NCBI GenBank assembly: GCA_021827745.1
Contig: JAKAUI010000045.1
Coordinates: 124,589 to 188,588, forward strand
From: Bacillota bacterium
GTDB lineage: Bacteria > Bacillota > Sulfobacillia > JAJZYS01 > JAJZLH01
Direction of reading: 5' to 3'
Length of the DNA stretch: 64,000 nt
This document shows, one piece after another, positions 1 to 8,770 of the stretch. Every line of letters starts with the position of its first letter. Positions within the stretch are counted from its first letter, which is position 1. Position numbers and translations under genes: made by a program. Below the pieces are notes generated by a model. That model was not told where the DNA came from and did not search any database. It saw nothing but the letters and a program-made list of their open reading frames with translations.

Positions 1-933
1 TTCTACCTGCTGGCCTTCGTCACCATGGGCATCTTGCTCGTCTCCGCCAACACCAGCTTCGCCGGCTTTCCCCAGCTGGCCAGCCTGATGGCCCGAGACG
101 GCTGGATGCCCCGCCTCTTTCTGACCAAGGGGGACCGACTGGTCTACCAAAACGGCATCCTGGTGATCGGCGCCGCTGCCAGCCTCTTGCTCGTCATCTT
201 CCAGGGCAGCGTGATCCGTCTGATCCCGCTCTTTGCGATCGGCGTCTACATCGGCTTCACCATCACCCAGGTCGGCCTGATCAAAAAGCACCTGACCGAA
301 CGCAGCGGCCAATGGCCAACCATGGTGGCTATGGCCGGCGGCGCCCTGCTCACCGCCACGGTGGTGGTGGTGGCCCTCGCCACCAAGTTCCTGGAGGGCG
401 CCTGGATCGTGGCCCTTGTCCTCCCGGCGATGGTCGTGACCTTCTTTCACATCCGCCGACACTATCTGGCCATGAACCAGGAGCTGCGCCTGCCCGACGC
501 CGATCTTCGACCCAAGCGCCAGCCGATGGTGGCGGTGGTTCCGTTTTCCGGCATCAGCCGGACCAGCCAGTCTTCCCTCTCCTACGCCCTCTCCATCTCG
601 GAGAACGTGGTGGCGGTCAACGTGGCCTTCTCAGACGAACAAGAGGCCCAGGTCAAGGAGGCGTGGGCCGCCTGGGCGCCGGATCCTTCCATCCGGCTGG
701 TGGTGCTGCGCTCTCCCTACCGATCGGTCACGGCGCCGGTCATGGCCTACATCGACCGGCTGCAGGGCGAGGTCGGTCAGGGTCAGGTGATCGTCCTGAT
801 TCCGGAGTTCGTGGTCGGCAGGTGGTGGCAGTATCTCCTGCACAACCAAGTGGGCCTGGTGCTTCAGGCCAACTTGGTCTTTCGCAAAGACGTCGTGGTG
901 GCGATGGTGCCGTTTCGGCTGTCTGGCCGCTAG
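1..933 (+). CDS. APC-superfamily permease (amino acid/cation transporter-like), C-terminal part; 5' end lies outside the window
   Basis: The ORF runs off the window start. It has hydrophobic TM segments (FAGFPQLASLMARDGWMPRLF is typical of APC permeases) followed by a soluble C-terminal domain. Confidence 0.6.
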   Translation, partial: FYLLAFVTMGILLVSANTSFAGFPQLASLMARDGWMPRLFLTKGDRLVYQNGILVIGAAASLLLVIFQGSVIRLIPLFAIGVYIGFTITQVGLIKKHLTERSGQWPTMVAMAGGALLTATVVVVALATKFLEGAWIVALVLPAMVVTFFHIRRHYLAMNQELRLPDADLRPKRQPMVAVVPFSGISRTSQSSLSYALSISENVVAVNVAFSDEQEAQVKEAWAAWAPDPSIRLVVLRSPYRSVTAPVMAYIDRLQGEVGQGQVIVLIPEFVVGRWWQYLLHNQVGLVLQANLVFRKDVVVAMVPFRLSGR

Positions 934-1583
934 CCGGAGATGGACGGCGTGCCGTTGCTGGGCAGCACCTTGAGCGTGGCCCACATGCCGGCCGTCTCAT
1001 GGCCGGCGATCAGGCAGGCGATCGCATAGGTTCCGACCGCTCCAGCCGTCCAGCTGAAGTGGGCGCTCGATCCGGGCGGCGTGCCGATGCCGTTTGCGGC
1101 ATTGGGAGTGGCCGCCGACGCCGTGACCGGCGTCAAGGACGTGGAGTTCCTGACGACGGCGGCCGAGTGCGGCAGCACGCCCTGGTTCTGCAGGTCGACG
1201 GTCAGCGTCCAGCCGGTCGGCACGCTGACCACCATCTGGCCGCTCAGCGTGCCATCGTAGTTGAACGGAGACGGCGAGCTCTTCAGACCGGCGATCAGGG
1301 TCAGGGTCACCGTCTTCTTGGCCGTCGAGACGCTCAGGTATTTGGACAGGGGAGAGCTGGCGCTGCTCGTCCCGGAACTCGTGCCGGAGCTCGTCGATCC
1401 AGCGCCGCTGGTCCCGGTGGTGGTGGGCGCAGTGGTGGTGGAGCCTGCCGCCTGGCCGCTCGAGCTGCTGGAGGGCGGTGTCGGCGGGTAGTACTGCTGG
1501 CCCACTTCATAGGTTGCCGCAGAGCCGCAGCCGGCGATCAGGAGCAAGGCGGCGCATAGCGGCATGACAAGTCGAAGGCGCAT
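930..1583 (-). CDS. Lipoprotein with Ser/Thr-rich linker and C-terminal cupredoxin (blue copper, plastocyanin/sulfocyanin-like) domain
   Basis: Signal peptide with lipobox LLLIAGC. Long S/T/G-rich low-complexity linker. C-terminal YAIACLIAGHETAGMWATLKV resembles the type-1 copper Cys-X2-His-X4-Met ligand arrangement. A strong GAGGAGG RBS lies upstream of the ATG. Confidence 0.7.
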   Translation of the reverse strand: MRLRLVMPLCAALLLIAGCGSAATYEVGQQYYPPTPPSSSSSGQAAGSTTTAPTTTGTSGAGSTSSGTSSGTSSASSPLSKYLSVSTAKKTVTLTLIAGLKSSPSPFNYDGTLSGQMVVSVPTGWTLTVDLQNQGVLPHSAAVVRNSTSLTPVTASAATPNAANGIGTPPGSSAHFSWTAGAVGTYAIACLIAGHETAGMWATLKVLPSNGTPSISG

Positions 1584-1730
1584 GGAGCGCGAACCTCCTC
1601 AGGACGTCTCGTTGTAAGGTCTCGCAGTGTGGGTGAATTGTATCACTTTTGCCCAGGCGAGGGGGATCGCCGCCTGGCGCGGCTAAGTGCTCTTGTCGGC
1701 TCCACATCTGCCCACCTGAGGAGGACCTAA

Positions 1731-3842
1731 GTGGCCACGCCAAGCGGTCGACTCACCATCTCCGATCTGATCCGCTTCCCCCGCCCCGGCGGGCTTGGCC
1801 CACAACAGATCTCGTTTCTGGAAGACGGGCAGGTCGCCTATCTCCTGCCGAGGGAGAACAGCACCACCTTGGACCTGTGGCGCCACGACGGCCAAGTGGC
1901 GCGCTGCTGGGCGCTGGCACCCGAGGCCGGCTCCTATTCCCTGGAAGAGGAACTGCACCGCGAGCGGCTCCGCTTTGCCTGGGACGGCATCACCAGCTAC
2001 CAGACGGCAGGAGGCACGCTGCTCGCCTTTGCCGGTTCTGGCGCCTGGGTGCAGACAGCGGGAGAGGAGTTGCGCCGGCTGACTGAGACAGACGGAGCAA
2101 GCGGCCACCTCCTGCTCAAAGACGGCCAGCAGATCGTCTTTTGCCGAGCCGGCGAGGTGCACCTACTGCGCCTCTCTGATGGCCAGCTCACCACCCTGAC
2201 CGCCGGCGCGCAGGAGGGCGTGAGCCACGGTGTGGCCGAGTTCGCCGCCCAGGAGGAGCTCGGTCGGCAGGAGGGCTTCTGGGTCAGCCCGGACCTGAAG
2301 TGGCTCGCCTTCACCGAGGTCGACGAGCGCCACATTCCGCTCTTTCCGATCGTCCATCAGGGCGACAGCGTCTTCACCGAGTGGCATCGCTACCCGTTCG
2401 TCGGAGCCAAAAACGCCAAGGTCAGACTCGGCATCGTTCCTTTGGCCGGCGGCCGGGTGCGCTGGCAGGAGCTGCCGGCAGGGAGCGAATACCTGGCCCG
2501 GGCGGTCTGGACGCCACATGGCGAGCTCGCCTTTTTGGTCATCGACCGACCGCAGCGGCAGATGGCCTGGCACCTGCTCGACCCTGAGTCCGGCGCCGTC
2601 CGCCTTCTGTTCGAGGAGTCCGGCCTGCCCTGGCTGAACCTGCCGCAGGCGCTGACCTTCTTGCCCCAGGGCGGCTTTCTCACCACCAGCGAGCGCAGCG
2701 GCTTTCGCCACCTCTACCTCGGTCAGATGGACGGCAGCCTCCGCCAGCTGACCGATGGACCGTGGATGGTCACCGCCCTGGCTGGGATCAGCCAAGACGG
2801 CGATCAGGCCTTTATCTCCCACAGCGCAGATGGCGGCTTGGACCTGCAGCTTTCCGCGGTGTCGCTCTCAGGCGGCGAACGACGTCAGCTCACAAAAGGG
2901 CCAGGCCGGCACCACTGCGCACTCAGCCCGGACGGCAGGCGCTTTGTGGACAGCCATGACGACCCGTCCCATCCGCCGATCGTCCACCTGCATGCCACAT
3001 CGGCCACGACAGCGGCCACCGTCTTGCATCACGACCGCTTGGCCGACGCCGCCTCGCTCAACCTGACCCCGCCTCAGCTCGTGTCGATCCCGGCGGCCGA
3101 CGGCCGCCCGCTCTGGGCCACCCTCTATCGACCGCCAACAGCTCGGGCCGGCAGCCTCTATCCGCTGGTGGTCGCCGCCTACAGCGGCCCCCATGCCCAG
3201 ATGGTCAGCAGGAGCTGGGATCTCACCGCCAACCTGATGAGCCAGTATCTGGCCCAGGAGGGCTTCTTCGTCCTCACCGTGGACGGACGCGGCAGCTTCG
3301 GTCGGGGGGTGGCCCACGAAGCCCCGATCGATCGGGCCTTTGGCACGGTCGAACTTGAAGATCAGGTGGCAGCCGTACGCTGGGCGTGCGCCAACGAGCC
3401 GATCGATCCGGCACGGGTCGGCATCCACGGCTGGAGCTATGGCGGCTTCATCACCCTGACCGCCCTGCTCAAGGCTCCAGACGTCTTCCGCGCTGGAGTG
3501 GCCGGGGCGCCGGTCACCGACTTTCGGCACTACGACACGGCCTACACCGAGCGCTACATGGGCACCGATCTGGACAACCATGGCGGATACGAGGCGGCGG
3601 CGCTGCCCCCACTCGCCGACCGGCTTGAGGGCGAGCTGATGATCATCCATGGGATGGTCGATGAAAACGTCCATTTCCGGCACACGGCCAGGATGCAAGA
3701 CGCCCTGATCGCGGTCGGAAAAGGCGTGGAGCTCGTGATCCTGCCGGCATCGCGGCACTCGGTCCGGCGACCTGAGCTGCGCCGCCTGGTGGCGGAGAAG
3801 ACGGTCTCCTTCTTCCGGCGGACCCTGTCGGTGCCTAGGTAG
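1731..3842 (+). CDS. S9-family serine peptidase, dipeptidyl-peptidase IV / prolyl oligopeptidase-like
   Basis: N-terminal beta-propeller-like region plus C-terminal alpha/beta hydrolase with the GWSYGG nucleophile motif and the downstream D and H (IHGMVDENVHF). GTG start preceded by GAGGAGG. Confidence 0.85.
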   Translation: MATPSGRLTISDLIRFPRPGGLGPQQISFLEDGQVAYLLPRENSTTLDLWRHDGQVARCWALAPEAGSYSLEEELHRERLRFAWDGITSYQTAGGTLLAFAGSGAWVQTAGEELRRLTETDGASGHLLLKDGQQIVFCRAGEVHLLRLSDGQLTTLTAGAQEGVSHGVAEFAAQEELGRQEGFWVSPDLKWLAFTEVDERHIPLFPIVHQGDSVFTEWHRYPFVGAKNAKVRLGIVPLAGGRVRWQELPAGSEYLARAVWTPHGELAFLVIDRPQRQMAWHLLDPESGAVRLLFEESGLPWLNLPQALTFLPQGGFLTTSERSGFRHLYLGQMDGSLRQLTDGPWMVTALAGISQDGDQAFISHSADGGLDLQLSAVSLSGGERRQLTKGPGRHHCALSPDGRRFVDSHDDPSHPPIVHLHATSATTAATVLHHDRLADAASLNLTPPQLVSIPAADGRPLWATLYRPPTARAGSLYPLVVAAYSGPHAQMVSRSWDLTANLMSQYLAQEGFFVLTVDGRGSFGRGVAHEAPIDRAFGTVELEDQVAAVRWACANEPIDPARVGIHGWSYGGFITLTALLKAPDVFRAGVAGAPVTDFRHYDTAYTERYMGTDLDNHGGYEAAALPPLADRLEGELMIIHGMVDENVHFRHTARMQDALIAVGKGVELVILPASRHSVRRPELRRLVAEKTVSFFRRTLSVPR

Positions 3843-3904
3843 CAGACGGCCCGTCTTTCGATCGACCCGAAAAAGCGTTGCGGCGCCGTTTCCTTTTTGC
3901 TGGC

Positions 3905-4633
3905 TCAGGCCACCAGTCGCTGCTCGAAGGCCCTCCTCGGCACCCACACCAAGACCAGGGCGTAGCCAAGCAGCCACAGCAGATTGATCAGCACCGGCAA
4001 GCCGATCTGGCCGAGCAGCAGCTCGCGGCTCAGCTGCACGGTGTGGTAGAGCGGCAAGAAGCGGACGAAGGTGGCCAGCGCTGCCGGCAGGGTGTGCACC
4101 GGGAAGAAGACGCCGGAGATCATGAACATCGGCGTGATCACCAGCGTGAAGTAGTAGAAGAGCTGTTCGTGGGTCCGGGCCCGAGCCGCCACCCAGAGGG
4201 CCGGCGCCGTGAACAGGATGCCGGTCAGGGCCAGCGGCACCGGCAGGAGCAGCGCCCACCAGGAGTGGACTAAGCCGAAGGCGGCCACGAACAAGAAGAA
4301 GATCGCTCCGTACAGAAGGCTGCGGCACATCTCCCACAGATACTCGCCGGCCAGGATCTGCGGCACGGTCAAGGGCGAGGTGATCATCGCCTGGTAGACG
4401 CCGTTTGAGTTCAGCTTGTCGTAGGTCTCGAAGCCGGCGTCGAAGGTCACGGCGTTCATCGCCGTCACCGACAGCAGGCCGGGGGCGATGAACTGAAAGA
4501 ACGACATGCCGTCCATGCGCGCCACATAGGCGCCAAGGCCGAGCCCGAGCGCCAACAGGTTGGTGATCGGCTCGCCGAAGTTCAGGAGTAGCGACGAGCG
4601 GTAGTAGCGGCGCCAGGCCCAGAAGTTGCGCAT
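3905..4633 (-). CDS. ABC-2 type transporter permease
   Basis: Six TM segments, ABC-2 family. The true start is at MRNFWAWRR (ATG at 4633), just after the stop of the upstream ATPase. The 532-aa ORF in the track is a spurious N-terminal extension. Confidence 0.8.
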   Translation of the reverse strand: MRNFWAWRRYYRSSLLLNFGEPITNLLALGLGLGAYVARMDGMSFFQFIAPGLLSVTAMNAVTFDAGFETYDKLNSNGVYQAMITSPLTVPQILAGEYLWEMCRSLLYGAIFFLFVAAFGLVHSWWALLLPVPLALTGILFTAPALWVAARARTHEQLFYYFTLVITPMFMISGVFFPVHTLPAALATFVRFLPLYHTVQLSRELLLGQIGLPVLINLLWLLGYALVLVWVPRRAFEQRLVA

Positions 4634-4671
4634 CCAGACGGCAAAGGCGCCCGCCCTCAGCGCCTGGACGC

Positions 4672-5595
4672 TCACTCCCGAAGCCCCCGCCCGGTCAGGG
4701 TCAAGAAGACGTCTTCCAGATGGGTCGGCCGGATCAGCAGCTGCCGTGGCCGGACGGCGAGCTCCGCCACCCGGGCCGTGAGGTCGCCGCTGTTTGCGGC
4801 GTAGACGACCAGCAGCTCGCCCTGGCGGTCGTGGCGGCGCACCGCCGCTCCGAGGTGGTCGAGCAGCGCCGCATCGTCCGCCTGTGGCTGTGCGATCTCC
4901 ATCGCCTCCGCTCCAACCTCGCGCTCGATCAGATCGAGCGGCGTGCCTGCGGCCAGGATCCGACCGTGGTCGATCACGAGCGCCGTGTCGGACAGCCGGC
5001 TCGCCTCCTCCATGTAGTGGGTGGTGAGCAGGATCGTGACGCCCTCGCCCTTCAGCTGGCGCAGCGACTCCCAGACCAGGAGCCGTGCCTGCGGGTCCAG
5101 CCCGGTCGTCGGCTCGTCCAGGATCAAAAGCTCGGGCCGGTGCATCAGGGCCCGGGCGATCACCAGTCGGCGGCGCATGCCGCCGGAGAGCTCGCGCACC
5201 TGGTCCCGCTTGCGGTCGGCGAGCTGCATGAAGGCGAGCAGCTCTTCGGCCCGCCCGGTCGCCCGGTGTGGTGAGATGCCAAAGTAGCGGGCGTAGATCA
5301 GGAGATTTTCGATCAGCGAGAGATCGGGGTCCAGGGTGTCCTCCTGGGCCACGACGCCGATCCGGGCCTTGATCTGAGAGCGGCTGATCCCGGCCGCCTC
5401 GCCAAACACGGTTAGGGTTCCAGACGTGATCGGAGACAGGCAGGAGATCATGCGAATGGTGCTCGACTTGCCGGCCCCGTTCGGGCCCAAAAAGCCGACG
5501 CACAGGCCCTGGGGGATGGTGAAGGAGATGCCCTTCACCGCCTCCAGCGCACCGTAGCGCTTGGTCAGGCCCTGTGCCACCACCACGTCCGACAT
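4672..5595 (-). CDS. ABC transporter ATP-binding protein (DrrA/NatA-like exporter ATPase)
   Basis: Walker A GPNGAGKSST, ABC signature LSGGMRRR, Walker B LLILDEPT. Start taken at MSDVVVAQGLTKRYG (ATG 5595). C-terminal LEDVFLTLTGRGLRE tail is shared with the paralog at 8771. Confidence 0.85.
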   Translation of the reverse strand: MSDVVVAQGLTKRYGALEAVKGISFTIPQGLCVGFLGPNGAGKSSTIRMISCLSPITSGTLTVFGEAAGISRSQIKARIGVVAQEDTLDPDLSLIENLLIYARYFGISPHRATGRAEELLAFMQLADRKRDQVRELSGGMRRRLVIARALMHRPELLILDEPTTGLDPQARLLVWESLRQLKGEGVTILLTTHYMEEASRLSDTALVIDHGRILAAGTPLDLIEREVGAEAMEIAQPQADDAALLDHLGAAVRRHDRQGELLVVYAANSGDLTARVAELAVRPRQLLIRPTHLEDVFLTLTGRGLRE

Positions 5596-5617
5596 CAGCT
5601 GAAGCAGGCTCCGATCT

Positions 5618-6706
5618 CTAGTCTGAAAACTCCAGACGCTGGCCCAGTCCACACACCAGATCATAACCGATGGTGCCGGCCAGGGCGGCCAGCTGGTCGG
5701 CGAAGATCTGCTCGTTGCCGTCTTGGCCGATCAAGGTGAAGAGGTCGCCCACCTCGACCGGATGGTCGGCGGGCAGGGCGACCGCCAGCATGTCCATGCT
5801 CACCCGCCCGACGATGGGATGGCGTTTCCCGCGCCACAGCACCTCGGCCTTTCCGCCCACTTGGCGGGGATAGCCGTCGGCGTAGCCAAGGGGAAGCACG
5901 GCCACCTGCACCGGCCGATCGGCCACATAGGAAAACCCATAGCCGACACCGTCCCCCGCCGCAAGCCGATGCACCTGCACAGCCCGGGCGAAAAGCCGCA
6001 GCACCGGTCTCAGGCCCTCTGGCGGGGTGCCTTCGCCAAACGGGCTGAGCCCGTACAGGGCGATGCCCGGCCGGACCAGATTCGCCACCTCGCACCTGAG
6101 GCGCAGGATGCCGGCAGAGTTCAGCGCATGGACGAGTGGCGGGCGGGGCACGACCTTGGCCACCGCCAGAGAAAAACGCCTCAGCTGGGCGTTCGCCGCC
6201 CCCTCGTCGCTGTCGGCCGTGGCCAGATGGGTGTACAGGCCCTCCAGGCGCAGACCCGGTTCGGCGTGCAGGGCGGCTGCGACGGTCGCTGCCTCGTCCG
6301 GCGCTACGCCCAGCCGGTGCATGCCCGTATCGACCATCAGGTGCACGCCAAGCGTCTCACCAGGCGAAACCGCCTGGGCCAGGTCCGACACCTGCCCGCT
6401 TTGATGCACGCTGAGCGCCACCTTGGCCCTGACCAGATCGGGCACGGCCTCCTTCGGCACAGATCCCAGGACCAGGATCGGCAGGGCGATGCCCGCCTGA
6501 CGCAGCGAAAGCGCCTCGTCAGCGGTCGCCACTGCGATCGCCGCCGCCCCGGCGCCCGCAGCCAGTCTCGCCGCCCAGAGGGCGCCGTGGCCGTAGGCAT
6601 TGGCCTTCAAGACCGCCATCACACCCTGTCCGCCGCGGCGAGAGAGCATCTCCAGATTGTTCAAGAAGGCCGCACCATCGCGCTCCAGCCAGGCCCAGCG
6701 CCTCAT
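5618..6706 (-). CDS. alr: Alanine racemase
   Basis: PLP-binding motif AVLKANAYGHG near the N-terminus and full-length alignment to Alr. Its ATGA overlaps the stop of the upstream nnr. Confidence 0.9.
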   Translation of the reverse strand: MRRWAWLERDGAAFLNNLEMLSRRGGQGVMAVLKANAYGHGALWAARLAAGAGAAAIAVATADEALSLRQAGIALPILVLGSVPKEAVPDLVRAKVALSVHQSGQVSDLAQAVSPGETLGVHLMVDTGMHRLGVAPDEAATVAAALHAEPGLRLEGLYTHLATADSDEGAANAQLRRFSLAVAKVVPRPPLVHALNSAGILRLRCEVANLVRPGIALYGLSPFGEGTPPEGLRPVLRLFARAVQVHRLAAGDGVGYGFSYVADRPVQVAVLPLGYADGYPRQVGGKAEVLWRGKRHPIVGRVSMDMLAVALPADHPVEVGDLFTLIGQDGNEQIFADQLAALAGTIGYDLVCGLGQRLEFSD

Positions 6707-8175
6707 CTGGGCGCCTTCATGGCAGCGGGGATCTGCTCGCAGAGCGCCCGGGCGCCTGCGCCGCGGCCTCTTTGCTCAAAAAGCAGCTGAGATGCTCGGC
6801 CATGGATCGACACCGCCTCGACCACCGCCGCATGGACCGAATCATGGCGGGCGAGGCAGACTGCGATCAGTCCGGTCAGCACATCTCCGCTGCCCCCCTG
6901 GGCCAAGAGGTCGTGGGCACCGCTGATCAAGGATGTCTCGTCCCGACTGGCCACGATGGTGGTCGCTCCCTTCAGCAAGACGGTCGCTCCGGTCCGTCGG
7001 CTGGCCTGCTCGACCTGGCTCAGGGGCGAGCCCTCCAAGTCGGGAAATAGGGTGGCGAACTCTCCGGCGTGTGGGGTGATCACCAGCGCTGCCCTGTTCT
7101 CTGGCCACAAGACGCCATGCGCCAGGTGCCACAAGGCGTCGGCATCGAGCACCATCTTCTGCCAGGGTGCCGCACACACGGCGGCGAGAAGGGCCGCCGA
7201 GCGCTTCGTGCGGCCGATGCCGGGACCGGCGGCGATGAATCGGAAGCCCTCTGCCACCGCAGCCGAGAGCGCCGAGGCGGCGTCTTCGGCATCCGGCAAA
7301 AGGGCCAGGGTGGTGGCCTCCGGGCAGATGGCGGTGAAGCGCGGCTCTAAAGATTGATCGGTCGCCAGCCGCACCAGCCCGGCCCCCGCCCGGAGTGCGG
7401 CCAGAGTGGTCAGGGCGGCAGCCCCGGCCAGGCCAGGCGACCCGGCCAGGACCAATACCCGCCCGCGGTCTCCCTTGTGGTCGGTAGAGAGAAAGACGGG
7501 CGACGCCACCTGGTCCACACTCAGCCACTGCCGCCGGCTGCCGAGCTCTGCCGGCTCGATGCCAAGATCGGCCAGCTCCAGCACACCCGAACAGGCAGGG
7601 CCGTCTGCCAAGAGCAGTCCTGGTTTGAGTGCGCCCAGCGCCACGGTCACGGTCGCCTTAGGGCCGCGGCAGAGCATCTCGCCGCTGTCCGGGTCGAGCC
7701 CAGAGGGCAGGTCGCAGGCCACGGTCGGCAGCCCCCAGGCACTGGCCTGGTCCAGATAGGCCACCATGTCTGAGCGCAGGGGCTTTGACACGCCGGTGCC
7801 AAGCAGACCGTCGATCATCCCCGCCTTGGCGTCCGGCGGCTCACCCCAGGATGCGGCGCGCACACCCGGCATCTGAAGGAGGCGCGCCAGGCGTTCCGTC
7901 GTCTGCGCCGTCTGCCGCGAACCAGCCGTGTAGACCCGCACCCGGAGGCCGGACTTGGCGAGCAAGATGCCGGCGCCGGCCGCATCGCCCCCATTGTTGC
8001 CGCCGCCGACCAGGACTGCGGCCTCCGAGCAGCGGCCAAGATGGCGAGTGAAGGCGTCGGCGATGGCAGCGGCGGCCCTGTCCATCAGCGTCTCGGCCCC
8101 GAGTCGGCCGCTTGCGATCAGATCGGATTCGGCCGCCCGCATCTCTAGACGGGTGAGCACCGGCCACCCGCTCAC
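6703..8175 (-). CDS. nnr: Bifunctional NAD(P)H-hydrate epimerase / ADP-dependent dehydratase (Nnr, YjeF N+C)
   Basis: YjeF-N motif VGGGNNGGDAAGAG and carbohydrate-kinase-like C-domain VLAGSPGLAGAAALTTLAALRAGAG. Start chosen at the GTG (8175) overlapping the acpS stop (GTGA). The alternative ATG is at 8142. Confidence 0.8.
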   Translation of the reverse strand: MSGWPVLTRLEMRAAESDLIASGRLGAETLMDRAAAAIADAFTRHLGRCSEAAVLVGGGNNGGDAAGAGILLAKSGLRVRVYTAGSRQTAQTTERLARLLQMPGVRAASWGEPPDAKAGMIDGLLGTGVSKPLRSDMVAYLDQASAWGLPTVACDLPSGLDPDSGEMLCRGPKATVTVALGALKPGLLLADGPACSGVLELADLGIEPAELGSRRQWLSVDQVASPVFLSTDHKGDRGRVLVLAGSPGLAGAAALTTLAALRAGAGLVRLATDQSLEPRFTAICPEATTLALLPDAEDAASALSAAVAEGFRFIAAGPGIGRTKRSAALLAAVCAAPWQKMVLDADALWHLAHGVLWPENRAALVITPHAGEFATLFPDLEGSPLSQVEQASRRTGATVLLKGATTIVASRDETSLISGAHDLLAQGGSGDVLTGLIAVCLARHDSVHAAVVEAVSIHGRASQLLFEQRGRGAGARALCEQIPAAMKAPR

Positions 8176-8537
8176 GACTCCACCACCACCACGGCCACCG
8201 CCACATCCTTGCCGTGCGAGAAGGAGAGGTGCAGCGTTTGTCCGCCCAGGGCCAAGAGCCGTTCTCTGAGGCCGCCGGTGAGCGCAACCGTCACGCCGCC
8301 GCCACGGCGCACCACCTCTGCCTCCTGCCAGCGACTGCGGGAGGCGCCTACGCCGAGCGCCTTGAAGGTGGCCTCTTTGGCGGCGAAGCGGGCAGCGAGG
8401 CGGCGCGACGCCTCTTTGCCCACGCCGGCGTAGGTGCGCTCGGCTTCGGTGAAGCAGCGCAGGAGAAACGCCGGGCGCTGACTGGCCCGCCCGATGCGGG
8501 CAATCTCTGTGACGTCGATGCCGACTCCCAGAATCAC
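8172..8537 (-). CDS. acpS: Holo-[acyl-carrier-protein] synthase
   Basis: ILGVGIDVTEIARI N-terminal motif and ~120 aa length. GTG start at 8537. The longer ORF in the track is an upstream extension. Confidence 0.8.
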   Translation of the reverse strand: MILGVGIDVTEIARIGRASQRPAFLLRCFTEAERTYAGVGKEASRRLAARFAAKEATFKALGVGASRSRWQEAEVVRRGGGVTVALTGGLRERLLALGGQTLHLSFSHGKDVAVAVVVVES

Positions 8538-8632
8538 GCCAAGTCCCCTTCCTCTGCTGGCATAGCGATTCCACAGCCCCGGGCGGTCCCCTTGTCGGAG
8601 CGAAGGCGGCGGACGCCTGATCGCGCCACTGC

Positions 8633-8646
8633 AGGTTGCGCAACCT
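8633..8646. promoter_or_regulatory. Perfect 14-bp palindrome AGGTTGCGCAACCT in the divergent intergenic region between acpS and the ABC exporter
   Basis: The sequence is identical to its reverse complement and lies about 125 bp upstream of the GTG at 8771. It is a candidate operator. Confidence 0.3.
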
Positions 8647-8770
8647 TGGCCGCGATCTTCTTGCCTGAGAGGTGAACGGCAAAAGACAGCGGAACCTGAG
8701 GTTTGGCCTGAGGAGAAGACTGTGCGGACCGGTCGTCTCGACCAGTTCCGCCGGGGAGGCACGTTCGGAC

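Noticed and set aside
312-1559. 415-aa plus-strand ORF rich in Arg/Gly/Pro
   Set aside because: It is an alternate-frame or antisense artefact of the high GC content. It overlaps the real permease and cupredoxin genes and has non-protein-like composition.
3905-5503. 532-aa ORF fusing junk N-terminus to the ABC-2 permease
   Set aside because: The N-terminal 290 aa overlap the ATPase gene in another frame and are Arg/Pro-rich. The true permease starts at 4633, right after the ATPase stop.
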